Assembly: GCA_039545335.1 (NCBI GenBank)
Contig: BCIN01000007.1
Coordinates: forward strand, 434,001-498,000
Direction of reading: 5' to 3'
From: Kondoa subrosea
Taxonomy: Eukaryota
DNA length: 64,000 bases
Shown: positions 52,942 to 64,000 of the stretch, piece by piece
Position numbering within the stretch: position 1 is the stretch's first letter
How the letters are laid out: each line of letters begins with the position of its first letter
Notes under the pieces: model-generated
Databases searched by the model: none
Seen by the model: only the letters and a program-made list of their open reading frames with translations
Told to the model about the DNA's origin: nothing
Made by a program: the position numbers and the translations under genes

Positions 52942-55831
52942 TCATTGGACGATGTGCCAGTCTTCGAGAACAAGACCATCAGCAAAAGGAAGATTGATGA
53001 GCGAATCAATCGCTTACCGAGCTTATCGCTCCATTTTGGTAGAATTTCTGCTGACCAATCGTTAGTTGAACGGCGATACCTCCATGATAAGAAACGTACC
53101 GCATAATTCTGCAACATCCTTATCTCCTCTGGAAATGATACGTTAGCAAACTGTTGTCGATTGGATCTTCAGCACATACCTCCCGGATAATGTCTGACGG
53201 GTTCATATTAGCCACAGCCTTTGTCGACTAACAAATAAACTCACCATAACGATATTCTCGTCCTTTGACATTGTCTTGGCCAATTCAACAGTGCTCCAGA
53301 TAGCATGACTTGTCTCCAGAGCGGGGATGATACCTTCGTACTCGCACGACAACCTGAACCCTCTCAAAGCTTGTTCATCAGTAGCAGCCACGTATTCTGC
53401 TCGACCGCTATCTCTCAACCAGGAGTGTTCCGGTCCGACACCACTGTCCTTCCATAAGAGAACAGCGCATATCTATTCAATGGCTACTTACGGATAATCC
53501 AGACCAGCGGAAATAGAATGCGTTTCAGTGATCTGGCCAGACGCTGTTTGCAAAAGATATGTCTTGACACCATGAAGCACTCCAAGAGTGCCCTTTGCCA
53601 GTGTAGCGGAGTGTCTGTCGGTATCAATGCCTATCACAAGTTGTTAGATCTTGTTCCTTGTCTAGATTATAGCTTACCATCGCCTCCAGCTTCGACGCCA
53701 ATCAATCTGACTGATTTATCTTCCACGAAAGGATAGAAAGTGCCAATAGCGTTACTTCCACCACCAACGCAAGCGACAACAGCATCAGGCAGTTTTCCAA
53801 TCTCTTCCTTCATTTGCTCCTTAATTTCATTTCCAATGCAGGACTGGAAATCTCTGACGATGGTAGGAAAGGGATGAGGACCAATAGCTGATCCAATGAG
53901 ATAATGCGTTGTGGACAGATTGGTGACCCAATCTCGCATAGCTTCGTCTAATCACCACAACGATTCAGCAGGTCTACTGCTGGCAGACCGTTATACGCAC
54001 TGATAGCATCTTTGAGTGTTTGAGAACCACTCGCAACAGCAACAACCTATTAGCAGGGCTCAATCCTCAGTACACGAATGTGCGGAGTCCTAGTCCTGGC
54101 TGACCTTCGCTCCAAGCATCTTCATTCTGAACACGTTCAACGCTTGACGTCGAACATCTTCAGCTCCCATATAGACTATACACTCCATACCGAATTTGGC
54201 ACAAACTGTTGCTGTTGCTACACCATGTTGACCTGCACCTGTTTCAGCAATGATACGAGTTTTGCCAATCTTTCTCGCTAGTAATATCTGTGCGAAATAA
54301 GGTCAGCCCGAATCTCGAATGGAGATGTGGCTGAACAAAACACACCTGCCCTAAAGCGTTGTTGATCTTATGCGAACCAGTATGATTGAGATCTTCTCTC
54401 TTGAACCAAATTTTAGCACCACCAGTAGCTTCACTCAATCTCTGAGCATAATACAGGTTGCTCGGTCTGTTCATGTAACCATAGTACGATCTGAACTCTT
54501 TCCAAAATTCAGGATCTTTCTTTGCTTTGGCATGAGCTTCTTCCAATTCGATCAAACAATCAAAGAGTGCTTCTGGAACGTATGCTCCACCAAATTCACC
54601 AAATCGAGCAGGTAAAGAATTAGCGTTGGATACATCGTTGAGTTCAGTAAGTGGAGCGGATTTAGTAATGACTTTATCGACTATTGGAGTAGCATGACTG
54701 AGTTGACCGTTGATTGTAGAATTGGTAACAGCATCCAAATCGACTTCTTCGCTTTTGACTTCACCTTCGAAAGGTCCGATTTTCATTCGCGTTCGATTAG
54801 CTCCACCTGAAACTTGTGTGCAATAATCCCGAACAGCTGAAGCTTCAGATCCTTTTGCTGCTTCTTTGATGATTTGAACAATCTTGGAACCGATAACGAC
54901 ACCATCAGTTTGTCCTCCAATGTTGTCGAAATGTTCTTTTGTGGAAACACCGAAACCGACTGCTAAAGGCATAGGCTTCGGTAGGAGAGACTTGATACGT
55001 TTCAGTAGTTGAGGTAGATCGGTTGATATTGCTGTTGATGCTCCTGTTGTGCCCATCTGTCGATAACACAAGCATTCAAATGAGATGAGCCTCAAGCGAT
55101 CGAATCTGCCACCGACTTTGGATACGACATATAAGAAAGAGTCCGCGATGCCGCCCAGAAGCTTGATGCGACTTGGAGATGTACTGGGTGCAATGAGGGG
55201 TACGTAACTCAATCTGTGGAATTACAACGCCTTGAACATCAGACCAGACGGATGTCCAGCATTGTGACTCACCCTTCTGATGTACATATCTCTCTGAATT
55301 TGATAGCTTCTTCCGGCGGTAAGTCGACCATGATGTAGCCGTTTGCGCCAGCGATCTTTGCATCTTTCACAGCTCTTTCTTCTCCATAAGCCATTGTTGG
55401 ATTGAAATAGCCTGACCAAAATATCAGAGCTGACATAGCACTACAAGGATAGCAGCGAACCCATAAGAATGACTGGAGTCTTCAAACCTTTCCCTCTCGC
55501 TTCTTTGATCATTTCCAAACATGAGGCATAAGTTACTCCTTGATTCAAAGCAATCTATCAGATCGCAGGATCAAGCATTACGACATGATACATGGTACAG
55601 CGAGAAGAAGAAGAGATTCACATTGTTTGCTTCTTGAATAGCAGGTCCATCAGCCACAGGATCGGTGAAAGGGACGCCCAATTCAATGATATCTGCACCT
55701 CCAGCTTCCAAAGCAAGCATAATGTCGCATGTTAAACTAGGCGATGGATAACCAGCGGTCAAAAAAGTGACAAAGACTGGTAAATCCAGAGCAGCTTTCG
55801 CTCTGAACGTTTCTCGAATAGCCTCAGACAT
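52942..55831 (-). CDS. TRP5: Tryptophan synthase, fused alpha-beta
   Basis: Alpha part: [30 protein letters not shown]. Beta part: [27 protein letters not shown] (PLP Lys), [36 protein letters not shown]. Confidence 0.98.
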
Positions 55832-55922
55832 GGTATATCAAGTGCAGCTTGTGATATAACAGGCACGAGGAGGTATCGATGTTCAGATGGAGGAGCAAGA
55901 GTAAGAATAATAAATTTGGGCA

Positions 55923-55929
55923 ATGACTC
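55923..55929. promoter_or_regulatory. Possible Gcn4/Cpc1-type element (ATGACTC) in the TRP5 / RQT4-like bidirectional promoter
   Basis: The motif lies about 92 bp upstream of the TRP5 ATG. It is short and could occur by chance. Confidence 0.25.
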
Positions 55930-55951
55930 GGTCAGGAGCCAACAGCGATCA

Positions 55952-57326
55952 ATGTCCGTCACAGATCTGTCGCAGCTGCTCTTGTTAGATGAAGCGACCA
56001 TCAGCGAACAAGTGATCCCCTCGCTGAATGAGATTCCAACACCTTCAGCTCTTCGAGCACATCTCGAGGTGTGTCCCATCAACGCGGTTGTACTTCACGG
56101 ACCTGATGTGTTTCTCAGTCTCTGATAGGCTTCTCGTTTGCTCTTTGTTCCGTTTCTTCTTCTTCTTCTCTCTGATTCCATTCACCGTGTTGTTGATAGA
56201 CCTGAAGCAAGAACTTTCACTTCTTCCTTTGTCAAGTCTCGTTTCGCAAGTAACAACAACAATCTCTCGGCACCTTCTTCTCGTCCTTCTTCTCGTCCTC
56301 CTTCAGCTCCCGCATCTCGTTCTCAAACACCTATTCCACGTCAACCTACACCTTCTCAATCTCAATCTACTTCAGCCGGTCCTAAACCTGTTGATTTCCC
56401 TACACGTGTCAATGTCAAACAACCTCTCAAATTGAATGATGAGCAAGTTTTGTCATTGATGAATGCAGCGAGCAAGAAAGAGTTGAAGGAGATTGAAAAA
56501 GGTTTAAAGATGTTAGCCGATACTTCAACAGAGGGTCAATTATGTTTCTGCCAAGGTTCTTCGTTCACTCTCTTCTCTTCAATAAAAGCTGAGAGTACGG
56601 AGTGAAAAAACAGCACGCAAACATCCTATTTCTCGATATATCAAGATTTGTCCTAAATGCGCTCTAATCCTCTGTTCCCTCAATTCACCTTCTTCACCTT
56701 GTCCTTCTTGTTCTCACTCTCCTCTTCTACCCTCTCATCTACTCTCGACACATAGATTACATGAAGCTACTCGACGAGTGAACTTGATAGAAAGAGAAAG
56801 AGATCGTTTATTATTGTTATGGGAAGAACAAGAAGCTGAAGCAGCAAGAGAGAAGTTTCCTAGTCTTTCTTTGGCGGGTAGAACAGCAGGTGGTGGAACG
56901 GCAGATGAAGTAGCAAAGAAGATTGCTGGTGCTTATAATGGTTTACCTGTTCAAGAAGAAAGAAAAGTGTTGAGTTTGAACATGAAGACCAAACAAGTCT
57001 TGGCTACCACTTCTAGTAAAGATAAGAAGAAGAAGGAACAACAACAAGTCAAGAAACCTGTTGGACCCGTAGTCGAAAAGGAGAATGAAGTAAAAGAAGA
57101 AGGGATGGACGGTTGGATAGATCTGCAGGATATAGGCTATCAATCGCGAGGCAAGGGAAAGAAGAAAGCGGTACTGCAAGAAGACAAATTTGCTCTAGTA
57201 TATGTTCCATTGACCATGGCTGAAATGAAAGAGCAGAAGGCGAAGAAACAAGGCATGGAGGATGAAGAAGCAGAAGAGAGTCCGCAAAAGGGCAAGATGA
57301 GAATAAAAGTACCCGGTCAGGCATAG
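55952..57326 (+). CDS. C2HC5 zinc-finger protein (Rqt4/ASC-1/TRIP4-like)
   Basis: CFCQ|ARKH...CPKCALILC......PCPSC finger, a short helical N-terminal domain and a charged C-terminus. Confidence 0.8.
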
Positions 57327-57381
57327 ATCGGGAACAAATTATGCATATCCACATATCATACAATCTAGGAGGAGCGTTTTT

Positions 57382-58299
57382 TTACTTCGCAGGAGCGACA
57401 GTGCCGCAGTCTTGACATTTCCTTAGCGATTCGTCAGTCATCCAAGTCTGCATGAAGTCATGAATTTAGCTCTGCATGTGGTTGTCTCTTCTCACATTAA
57501 TGAGGGGTTTCAGCTGAGTGCCCAGATCGGTACAATGGAAGTCGACTTCGCGAATCAAGTGCGGCTCAGTGTGAGCTGTCGAAGGGCAGTACCAGCGAAG
57601 ACGATCTGTATAGACTTTGTTAAAGCGCAATCGGATGACTCCACATTGACTTGCCTCTGCTTTCGCCTGGTCGCTTCCTTTCTACAACCAAGCCTATTGT
57701 ATCGGCAAAGCGACATGGATTGTGAGGCGTGTTGGCTGTAGATGTCAAAAAGACTTGAGAACAAATGTGCGCAGATCGAAGTCTCACCTACCAGGTAACA
57801 GGAACATCTCTCCTTCTTCAATTCGAATATCTCTGAACTTGCCTTCATCTACCACTTTGAGCAACATGCCTCCTTTGTATTGATAGAACCATTCTTCAGT
57901 TTCATTGACATGATAGTCTATTGACTCATCAGAATAGCTTCCTCCTGTAGCTTCTTGCTCACCATTGCGAGAATTAGGGCCTCCGACGACCATGATTGTG
58001 TAGTCTCCGCTACTGCAAGCATTATTAGCTAAGCACACCTTCGTCCAGATATATGCGCACTTGTATAAGCAGTAATTATTGACCTGAGGAGCATAAGCAC
58101 AGATATAAGTCATGAAGCCGTGACATACAGGTGGTTTCAGCAAATGTCCATTCTCCTGGAGCCATCTGATAAGATGTGAATGAGATCAGGCTCAAAATAG
58201 TCTGAGAGCTTGGGACGGATTGGCACGGAAACGCCTTGACATGGGTAACACAATAACAGAAGCATACTTTGGGAAGTTGAGAGGCGAAGCTAGTGGCAT
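57382..58299 (-). CDS. BNA1: 3-hydroxyanthranilate 3,4-dioxygenase
   Basis: [76 protein letters not shown] and CQDCG. Confidence 0.97.
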
Positions 58300-58687
58300 T
58301 TCGATGTTGCTGAATAAGAGATTAATAGCTGTCAGCTTGCAGCGATGTCTATTCTTGCCTCCAAGGCTGAGCTGTCCCGCGTGCTCTTCACTGTCACTGT
58401 CTCGATATAGCTGCTACGATGCCTTGCGCTGATGCTCTCAATTGAATGCCGTCGGCTCGAGTCAATGCGTTATGCCAGATCTCTGGATGCAATCACTTGA
58501 CTGCTCTCGGGAATTGCTGCATCTTTGGCGCTCTACTTTGCTGAACTTCCTCAAATGCGAAGAGCCAACTTGAACAAAGGAAACAGCAAATCGCGTACGA
58601 AGCGAACGACCTTTGTAATTCCTGGCAAGCGATTGCTTTTCTTCTGTATTCTCTTTTCCTCTCTTGCTATCATCTACTTCCGGCCAT

Positions 58688-59695
58688 ATGTCACCTTTGC
58701 GTTCTTATCTTATTGCTGCGAAGACTATGCTCGACGCTCATCCTGCTCTCCAGCAATCTCCAAAGTTCTACGAAGATACGATTAGCCAGGATGCTGGGTC
58801 TCTTCCGAGCTTGCAAGACCATACCGAGGAGATCATGAAGATCGACAATTGTCTTGCCCAACTGACAGGATGCATCCATCAAATTGGAGAGGTCAGCTTT
58901 GATTTGTCTGACATTTGACCTTATAAGCGTTAATCTCATGCGCTAGTGGATTCATAGCAACGAAAGACATGTAAGAGGCTATTTGCTTGGCCTTCCACAA
59001 CCTATGCAAAACATCGTTTTCGACAGCGATTACCACCTCGTAGAGATCTGCATGCGGTACCATCTATCTGCTGCAGAGAAGACATTGAAAGCCGCCTATC
59101 AATTGCCTACAGCAGGAGCGGGAACTTATCAAGCTTCTTTGCATTACCCTCGCCTTACTCATGTTCGCGAAACTGCGCACACCGATCATGTAGTGTACAT
59201 GGCTTTCAACGATCATCTAATGGCTCATGTGAACCTTCTCATTTCGTTGGCATAATATCATGTCTCTGATTCGTTACAACAGTTACATTGTTTTAACCAT
59301 TTCTTTGGGCTGGCCTTTTTCTTGACCCGTCTCAGACAGACAGGTCCTTCTGATCATCAAGCCACGCAGGTAAATGCACTTTTCCACTGATGATTTGGCT
59401 CAATGACAATGCATCTAAGCAGGATTTTTCAAAGCTGTGCTTGGAACTGCAAGATCTGCTACGAGGGAAGGCCAATTCTGATCACTTCTCTAATCAATGT
59501 GTCACTGGGTCTGCGAAACAAATTTTGGAACAACTAGAAGCTAGCCTGCATAACAACGAGCAAACGATTGACCGATATATCCAAGATGTCATCATCACTT
59601 CGTCCTTTCAAGGCAAACTTCATGTGAGAAACAATCATCCTGGAGCTCAAATCTATACGACGACAATGAATCAAGTACAACAGCAAGTCGTTTGA
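58688..59695 (+). CDS. Hypothetical helical protein (multi-exon)
   Basis: ORF blocks 58664-58918, 58983-59255 and 59390-59695 are separated by intron-like spacers. No motif recognised. Confidence 0.5.
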
Positions 59696-60184
59696 ATTTT
59701 GATCTATCGACGGGGTACTTTGTAGTAAAAGCATCAATTTCTTCTTGCAAGCATACAAGCGTAATTTTGCTCATTTGTCTTGGTCGTTTCATGCTCACTT
59801 CCTTGTCTGTTTGACTTTTCTCTTCCCCTTGCACGCCATTCTGCTGTGCGTCAGGACTTTCAGATCACCACTCAAATTTGCCCGAGTGTGACTGTACACT
59901 CTGCATCACTTTGACTCGGGCCTACAACCACGTATCTGTCTGGCAGCTCTTTGCTTCGCTCCGCTATATTGTGTATTGCCTTGGACTGGAATCGGAACAG
60001 TCTGTTGTCGGCTCTGTGTGTCGCAGACAGAGTGCTTGCACATTCAGCTTCACCGAGGATGTGCAACAGGATGAAAGGAGTATGTCAAAGGCAGAGCTAG
60101 CATTATAGCAGTCGCAATGGGCATCTCAAAGGGCTTTACAAGTCGAAACAATGTACTCTCAGGCTACAACCGCTCTCTTTATTT

Positions 60185-62182
60185 TCACACCCAATGCTTC
60201 TCTAGCTTCCCACCAGAACCAACCCGAATTTTGACCGTCTTCCCTTCTTCAGCCAACAAATCATCAAAATTCAAAACAACTTTTTTCTTCTCCTCCTTTT
60301 CTACTTCTTCTAATCTCTTTACAAGAGGTAATGGAATAGCAATAGCACTAGCTGTACTTCCTAGTAGCTCATCCTCTTCTTCATCTTCAGGACGAGAAAC
60401 AAATCCAAAAGAAGAGGGGAACTTCATTTTCTGTGTATGCTGTGAAGGGACAGAAGGAACTGGCGGTATGGCTTGATGATCTTCCATTGATGAGGATGAA
60501 GTAAGACTAGTTGTAGTGGAAGAAGGCGAAAGAACGCCTCTAGATGAAGCGGAAGAGGATGAAGGTGAACGAAAGGGAGAGGAAGTTGTAGAAGCCGAAA
60601 GACTTCTTGGCATTGGGGTATGTGTATGTATCGGAGTACTTGCTGGACGTGTTGTCGTACTGGAATCATGCGAGATAGATCGCCGGAAAGGTGGTGTGAG
60701 CGGCCGAAGGGTAGACATGGAATTATGAGGCGAATCAATATCTTCAGGCTCAGAAGTGTAAGTCTTCTTTAGCGGCGTTGTAGCATTGGTATGCAAAAAA
60801 TTAACATCGAAAGGCGAGACGATTACTTCATCCAAGCGTTGTTTGCCTTTGCCTGTTCCGATAGACAATTTCGACGACTTGTTTCTGAGCGGTCGACCGG
60901 GTGAAGCTTGGTTGGGTGAGGCATTGACTATACTTGCTGAGCTTGGACTGGAAGTCACTGATGGCATTGAAGGTAAGTTCGACCAAGCTTTCTCCCTTTG
61001 CGCTTTCTCCGCTCTCAAGCTATTGCTGCTCTTCTTTCGAGATAAGAAACCGCCCAACAGTCCACTCCCACTGCTTCCCGTGCTAGCATCCGTTTCCACA
61101 TCTGAACTAGGAGCAGAGACAGTCTTTGATCTACTTCGAGGTTTGGGTGAGGCGCCAATGGGAGGATTAAACAAAGAAGAGGAAGTACTTCTAGACAGGT
61201 TTTCGACCGGACTGCTGCTGGATGTACCAGGGGAGAATTCACTATCCGTTGCAACGTTGATGTTCTGCGTCGAGGTGCTTCTTCTAAATTTCCCACTAGC
61301 TTTCCTCGCCATAGCTTTCCAGGCTCCTTCTGGTTTGGGTTGAACAATAGGAGAAGAAGCAGGTGATCCAGCTCTCAGGAGATCTGAAGTAGATATCGCG
61401 AAAGGAGGATTAAAACTTGAAGACAGATCAGGTGAGGGAGGACCGCTCGATAAATTAGTCCAATGGTGATATTGAGCACTAGGTCGAGGCATTGAAGGAT
61501 ATTGAGAAGAAGACCACATTGAGCTTGTAGATTTGCGACCTGTTGTGGAATCGAGTGAAGGTCGAGTAACGGATGTTGTGTAACCTGAACTTTCTGTATG
61601 ACTCCTTGAGCGGACAGAACGACTTTTCGTGTCAGATGTAGATATGGTTGACACGGATCCACTAGCTGAATGGAGAGAGACCGAAGCAGGACTCTTGCTG
61701 CTTGAAGATTTGAGAGGCAAGGGTGCTGATCGCATGGTAATTGGGAGACCAGATCTGTCCAAAGCTGATAAAGACGGTCGACTAGGTTGTACAGAGGCCG
61801 AGGATGAAGGGGGAGGACCAGGTGCCGTTGTTGAGCGAACTCGGACGGGTCTACTTTGAGGTCGGCCTTGCGTTTGGCCCAATTGACTCGATATAGAAGA
61901 TGAATGCGACATTCGACTGGGATGTATTGTCTTTCCTGTTGATGTAGTCCTACTTCGTCGCGCCCTGTCTGTTATTACACCAAAAGATCAAATTCCATTC
62001 ACCCTTTGACCTGGCCTACGGAACTCACAATCGGCTTCCTCATCAGCTGAGGACCCAGCACCATATATGACTGCTTCATCGGGATCTTCCTCATACTGGG
62101 ATAAAGCCCTTCGCGACGAAGTTCTTTCAGGCGACTTGACGAAAGGTGCCCTGAGATAGCTTGGCTGCTGTTGTTGCTGCAT
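60185..62182 (-). CDS. Ser/Pro-rich low-complexity hypothetical protein
   Basis: A 575-codon uninterrupted ORF plus a probable upstream exon beginning MQQQQQPSYL. Mostly disordered composition. Confidence 0.7.
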
Positions 62183-62601
62183 TACGTGTATTTTGAAATG
62201 AGTGGTAGGGTGTTATAAAAGAGCTGTGGAAGAAGGGAAATTGCCATAGAAACGGCGCGACAGTTTAGCTTTCCAAAATTTGTTAGCGTTACTCAAGAGC
62301 ACTGACTGTGATTGTGATAAAATAAGGGCTGAACGTCAGGTATAAATTACTAAAGTACTGTCCTGCAGCAGACTGGATATATTGGAAGTTTGTGTGAAGA
62401 AAACAGAGTCGAAGCGCGTTCAAGCCGAATCTCTGAAAGCGGCAGGCGGCCGAAGACAAAAGATCCGCTTCAATAACTGGGGCAACAACGTCTAGCACAA
62501 CGGCAGAATGTGTTCAAAGCGAGGCATGCTTGTATCTTCTCGCGGGGATTCATTGTACAACGTGACAACATTACAACCAGAGACCAAATAAAATAGCGAG
62601 T

Positions 62602-64000
62602 TTATTCCAGTAGTGTACTGTAAACAATCATCAGCAGATGTGACAGAGTGCAAGGGAAGGCTAACCAGAAATTAGATGGGAAAACATTTCCGCCCCTATA
62701 TAGAAGTCATTTGAGCTTCCTCCTTTGGTTTGTTCTTTCATCGAGAGCACTTACAGATGACGCCTGTTCTCGTCTAGTAATTCGCCCTGCCACCATCCAT
62801 CCGGGTCCGTAGCGAAAACAGCAATCACATCATCTTCCTGGAAAGAGAATTCTTCCGGTACAGAAGCTACATAGTCGTAGATTGCTCTCACTGACAGCAT
62901 GAGTGACATAAGTAGCAGTATACAACAGCAGGCTGAATCATTACTGACCAAAGAACAAAACCGGTCGGCCATTTGTGTAACCTCCAGGTGGTGCTTGAAC
63001 ACCAGTAGGCATAGCAGGTGAAGGAGCTCGCTGAACAGGCGCAGGTGATGGAGCTCGAGCTTGATGAGGTGGTTGAGAGTAATAAGGTTGCTGTTGCTGG
63101 GCTGCACCCATAGATACCACACTGGGAGAACGATAAGGCTGCTGTTGAGGTTGATTATAGTTCGACTGCTGGTAAGATGGTTGTTGGGCTTGCTGCTGAG
63201 CATAAGCTTGAGCTGGAGTTGCTGTATTTGGCGGCGCCTGAGATCCATAGCTTGGAGCACCTCTGCCATACCCAGATACGGGTCTTTGCTGCTGCTGCTG
63301 CTGCTGTTGAGGCTGCCCATAACCAGCATTCGATCCGTACTCGTTCATACCGGCAGGTGTACTCGACCTTTGCTGGTTTTGCTGATACAAAGAGTTTGGC
63401 CTTTGTTGGGCTAATGACTGCGTAGATTGAGCTGAGGCCATCGCAGGTGGTTGACCATACTGAGGTTGAGCATATTGGTGTTGAGAAGGTGCAGGTGAAA
63501 CAGGTCTAGCGGCATAATTCGAATGCACAGATTGCGGTCTAGGAGAAGTGGCTCGAGGAGGTGCTTGAAATTGCTGTTGTTGCTGATGCTGAGAAGATTG
63601 CTGATATTGATTGTATGAGGGCTGCCCATAAGTGGCTGGTTGATTATTCCCATAAGGCACTGGACTTGGACTTCTGACCGGTTGTCCATAGCCTTGTTGC
63701 GAGACAGCGCTAGTCGTTCTGGCTCTCGGGTCGCCATTAACAGGAGGATGAAAGCTTTGCTGAGAGACTGGTCGAGCTAATCTCTGTTCCCCGGGCATAG
63801 CTTGACCATAGTTCTGAACAGCTGAATCTCTTGGTGGTCCAGCACTCGGATTGCGCATCATAGCAGCAACAGGAGCGGGAGAAGAAGGAGCACCACTATA
63901 TCTGTTAGTTGACGGTGCTGGCGAAGCTGGAGTTTGGAAAGATCGATGTTGGGAAGGAACAGGAGAAGAAGCTCGTCTGTAGTCTTGCTGTTGAGATGGA
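62602..64000 (-). CDS. C-terminal part of an SH3-domain protein, Hof1/Cdc15 (F-BAR)-like
   Basis: Q/P-rich linker, then GRPVLFF|VRAIYDY...EEFSFQEDDVIAV...DGWWQGELLD...FPSNF. The N-terminus is outside the window, so the F-BAR domain was not seen. Confidence 0.8.
63286..63309 (-). repeat. Short CAG/CAA tract encoding poly-Gln
   Basis: ttgctgctgctgctgctgctgttg on the + strand, within the SH3 protein linker. Confidence 0.8.

Noticed and set aside
59700..60180. Short ORFs on both strands
   Set aside because: No motif or consistent splicing. This is probably convergent 3' UTR sequence.
60117..63425. Long antisense ORFs over the Ser-rich and Gln-rich genes
   Set aside because: These are shadow ORFs expected opposite low-complexity coding sequence.
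1..64000. tRNA, rRNA, CRISPR array, transposase or RT genes, TGA-CTA readthrough peroxisomal extensions
   Set aside because: None was recognised by eye, and the enzyme stop contexts I checked lack the readthrough motif. Small ncRNAs cannot be excluded without a covariance-model search.

Overview
This is eukaryotic DNA from a compact, intron-dense fungal genome. The gene content suggests a basidiomycete, possibly Pucciniomycotina, which is an inference. Introns are mostly about 45-65 nt and there are many microexons, so the supplied ORF track shows exon fragments. The gene models below were spliced by eye and their boundaries are approximate. About 30 protein-coding genes are present, in order: a partial F-box-like gene, MSH6, a MYND-finger protein, an atypical kinase, a Rad51 paralog, a Sch9-like kinase, two inverted paralogous half-ABC transporters flanking HOM6, CWC23, an OSCA/TMEM63 channel, an NAD(P)-binding protein, TMEM19, an orphan gene bracketed by a 56-bp direct repeat, a tandem double-GNAT, PEX5, a PX protein, DUF1764, an orphan built from three 5-exon helical repeats, a GPI-type protein, PLAC8, two tandem GAF hybrid histidine kinases, TRP5, an RQT4-like gene, BNA1, two hypotheticals and the 3' part of a Hof1/Cdc15-like gene. 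No tRNA, rRNA, CRISPR array or recognisable transposon was seen. The most unusual signals are two abutting 49-nt introns with no exon between them, the repeat-flanked orphan gene, the triplicated exon-module protein, the double-GNAT and the kinase lacking an activation segment.
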